Part shown: positions 63,045 through 64,000 of the stretch, piece by piece
Layout: each line of letters opens with the position of its first letter
Position numbering within the stretch: position 1 is the stretch's first letter
Source of the DNA: Squalus acanthias
Lineage: Eukaryota
Direction of reading: 5' to 3'
DNA: 64,000 nt
Assembly: GCA_030390025.1 (NCBI GenBank)
Contig: CM059431.1
Coordinates: 155,374,001-155,438,000 of the forward strand
The notes under the pieces: generated by a model
Database searches by the model: none
What the model was told of the DNA's origin: nothing
The model's input: only the letters and a program-made list of their open reading frames with translations
Made by a program: the position numbers and the translations under genes

Positions 63045-64000
63045 GTCAGATTACTCTTTGGGTTAAACAGATATATCCGCCAGTCTTTCAATTTAATCCA
63101 GTAACCTTCAAACAGTGTTTCAGTCTCTTGTCATTCTATTATGAATTCCTACTTATCTAAGCCACTTAAATCACATTTATGCAATTGACGTAACATAAAC
63201 ACTAAATCCTGAATACATTTTCAGAATTTACTTCTTGTCCTTCTGCCAAATCTTACACTCAACAATCTTTCAATCATGGCTTTCCGTTTCCTTTCTGCGC
63301 GTAAACTGTCGGTGACGCCTGAAATTCTGTTTAACTCGATCCATCCAGCCGGCTGTCGTGAAAGGGACCTCTGCAGACCGCCACCAAAAGACAGGTTTAA
63401 CAAAAACAATTACCTGAATGTGGAGCCAATATGTTCAAGCGTTCTCCTCCTGGCTTTAGATTAACACCACGGGATACTGCCGGACCTTACTCCCGATCGT
63501 TGCCTCCCTCCTTCTTCTCCTGTTCCCCCCCTTTCCTTTAATCTCCCTCTCTCGGTAGCCACTGCTTCCCGATCACTTTAATCTCTCCCCGTCGCTCCTT
63601 CCGAGAGCGTAGTCACTCAAATCATGGTCACTTGTCCAGCTTCCTGTGGAGGCGCAGCAAGTGTCTGCACCTCGCGGATCTGAGGTAAACGATGCCCCAG
63701 ACCCAATATCAGGATGGTCTCAGGCCTACGCCTTACAGCGCAGGGATCGTTCCCGGCGATAATTTTGGCTTTGTGTTATGATGTAAAATGGGCGCTAGCG
63801 AATCAAAAGCACGAGTGAATGTAGTCAATTGAATTCAAAATCGGTATAGATTAAAAGAGGCTGCCCTTTCACTTCAGCACGTTTTAAATTATCTCACAAT
63901 AGGAAAGTCAGAATCACAACCAACGTGCCCAGTTAGCGTCAGCCAGAACGAACCAATTTCTAGACCAGTGTCCATAAAATCACTGATTTTGCTGTAAGCC

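Larger units (their letters stand above)
53600..64000. repeat. Tandem duplication, ~2.8 kb unit (copy 1: ~53600-53990 plus 58820-61150; copy 2: ~61330 to >64000)
   Basis: Collinear homology, e.g. 'taggcgagttgcactgtgcaat' at ~58856 and ~61694. Exons A/A' and B/B' are paired. Confidence 0.92.

Overview
Eukaryotic, very repeat-dense vertebrate DNA. The TE repertoire is CR1 LINEs with (TTTCTATG)n tails, L2 LINEs, a Deu-domain tRNA SINE and Penelope-like elements (PLEs) with hammerhead motifs, which points to a cartilaginous fish (shark); this assignment is inferred. Almost every ORF in the supplied track is retroelement-derived or a minisatellite artefact. Under the TEs lie two old tandem duplications: a ~11-13 kb unit in three partly deleted copies (<1 to ~36.9 kb) and a ~2.8 kb unit in two copies (~53.6 kb to >64 kb). 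Each unit carries short plus-strand exon-like segments that keep splice sites, length or phase and an open frame while their amino acids diverge quickly. These are exons X (96 nt, 3 copies), Y (102 nt, 2 copies), A (170/155 nt) and B (148 nt, 2 copies). They splice into continuous frames and suggest a hidden, exon-repeat-expanded, fast-evolving gene. From memory, parts resemble the N-terminal death-fold region of chondrichthyan NLR proteins; this is unverified and no NACHT exon is in the window. Other points of note are two PLE insertions forming long inverted repeats, five minimal hammerhead motifs (three intact), a PLE inserted inside an older PLE's hammerhead, two independent CR1 insertions sharing one frameshift, and a probable gene-conversion tract. 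Divergence figures are hand counts.
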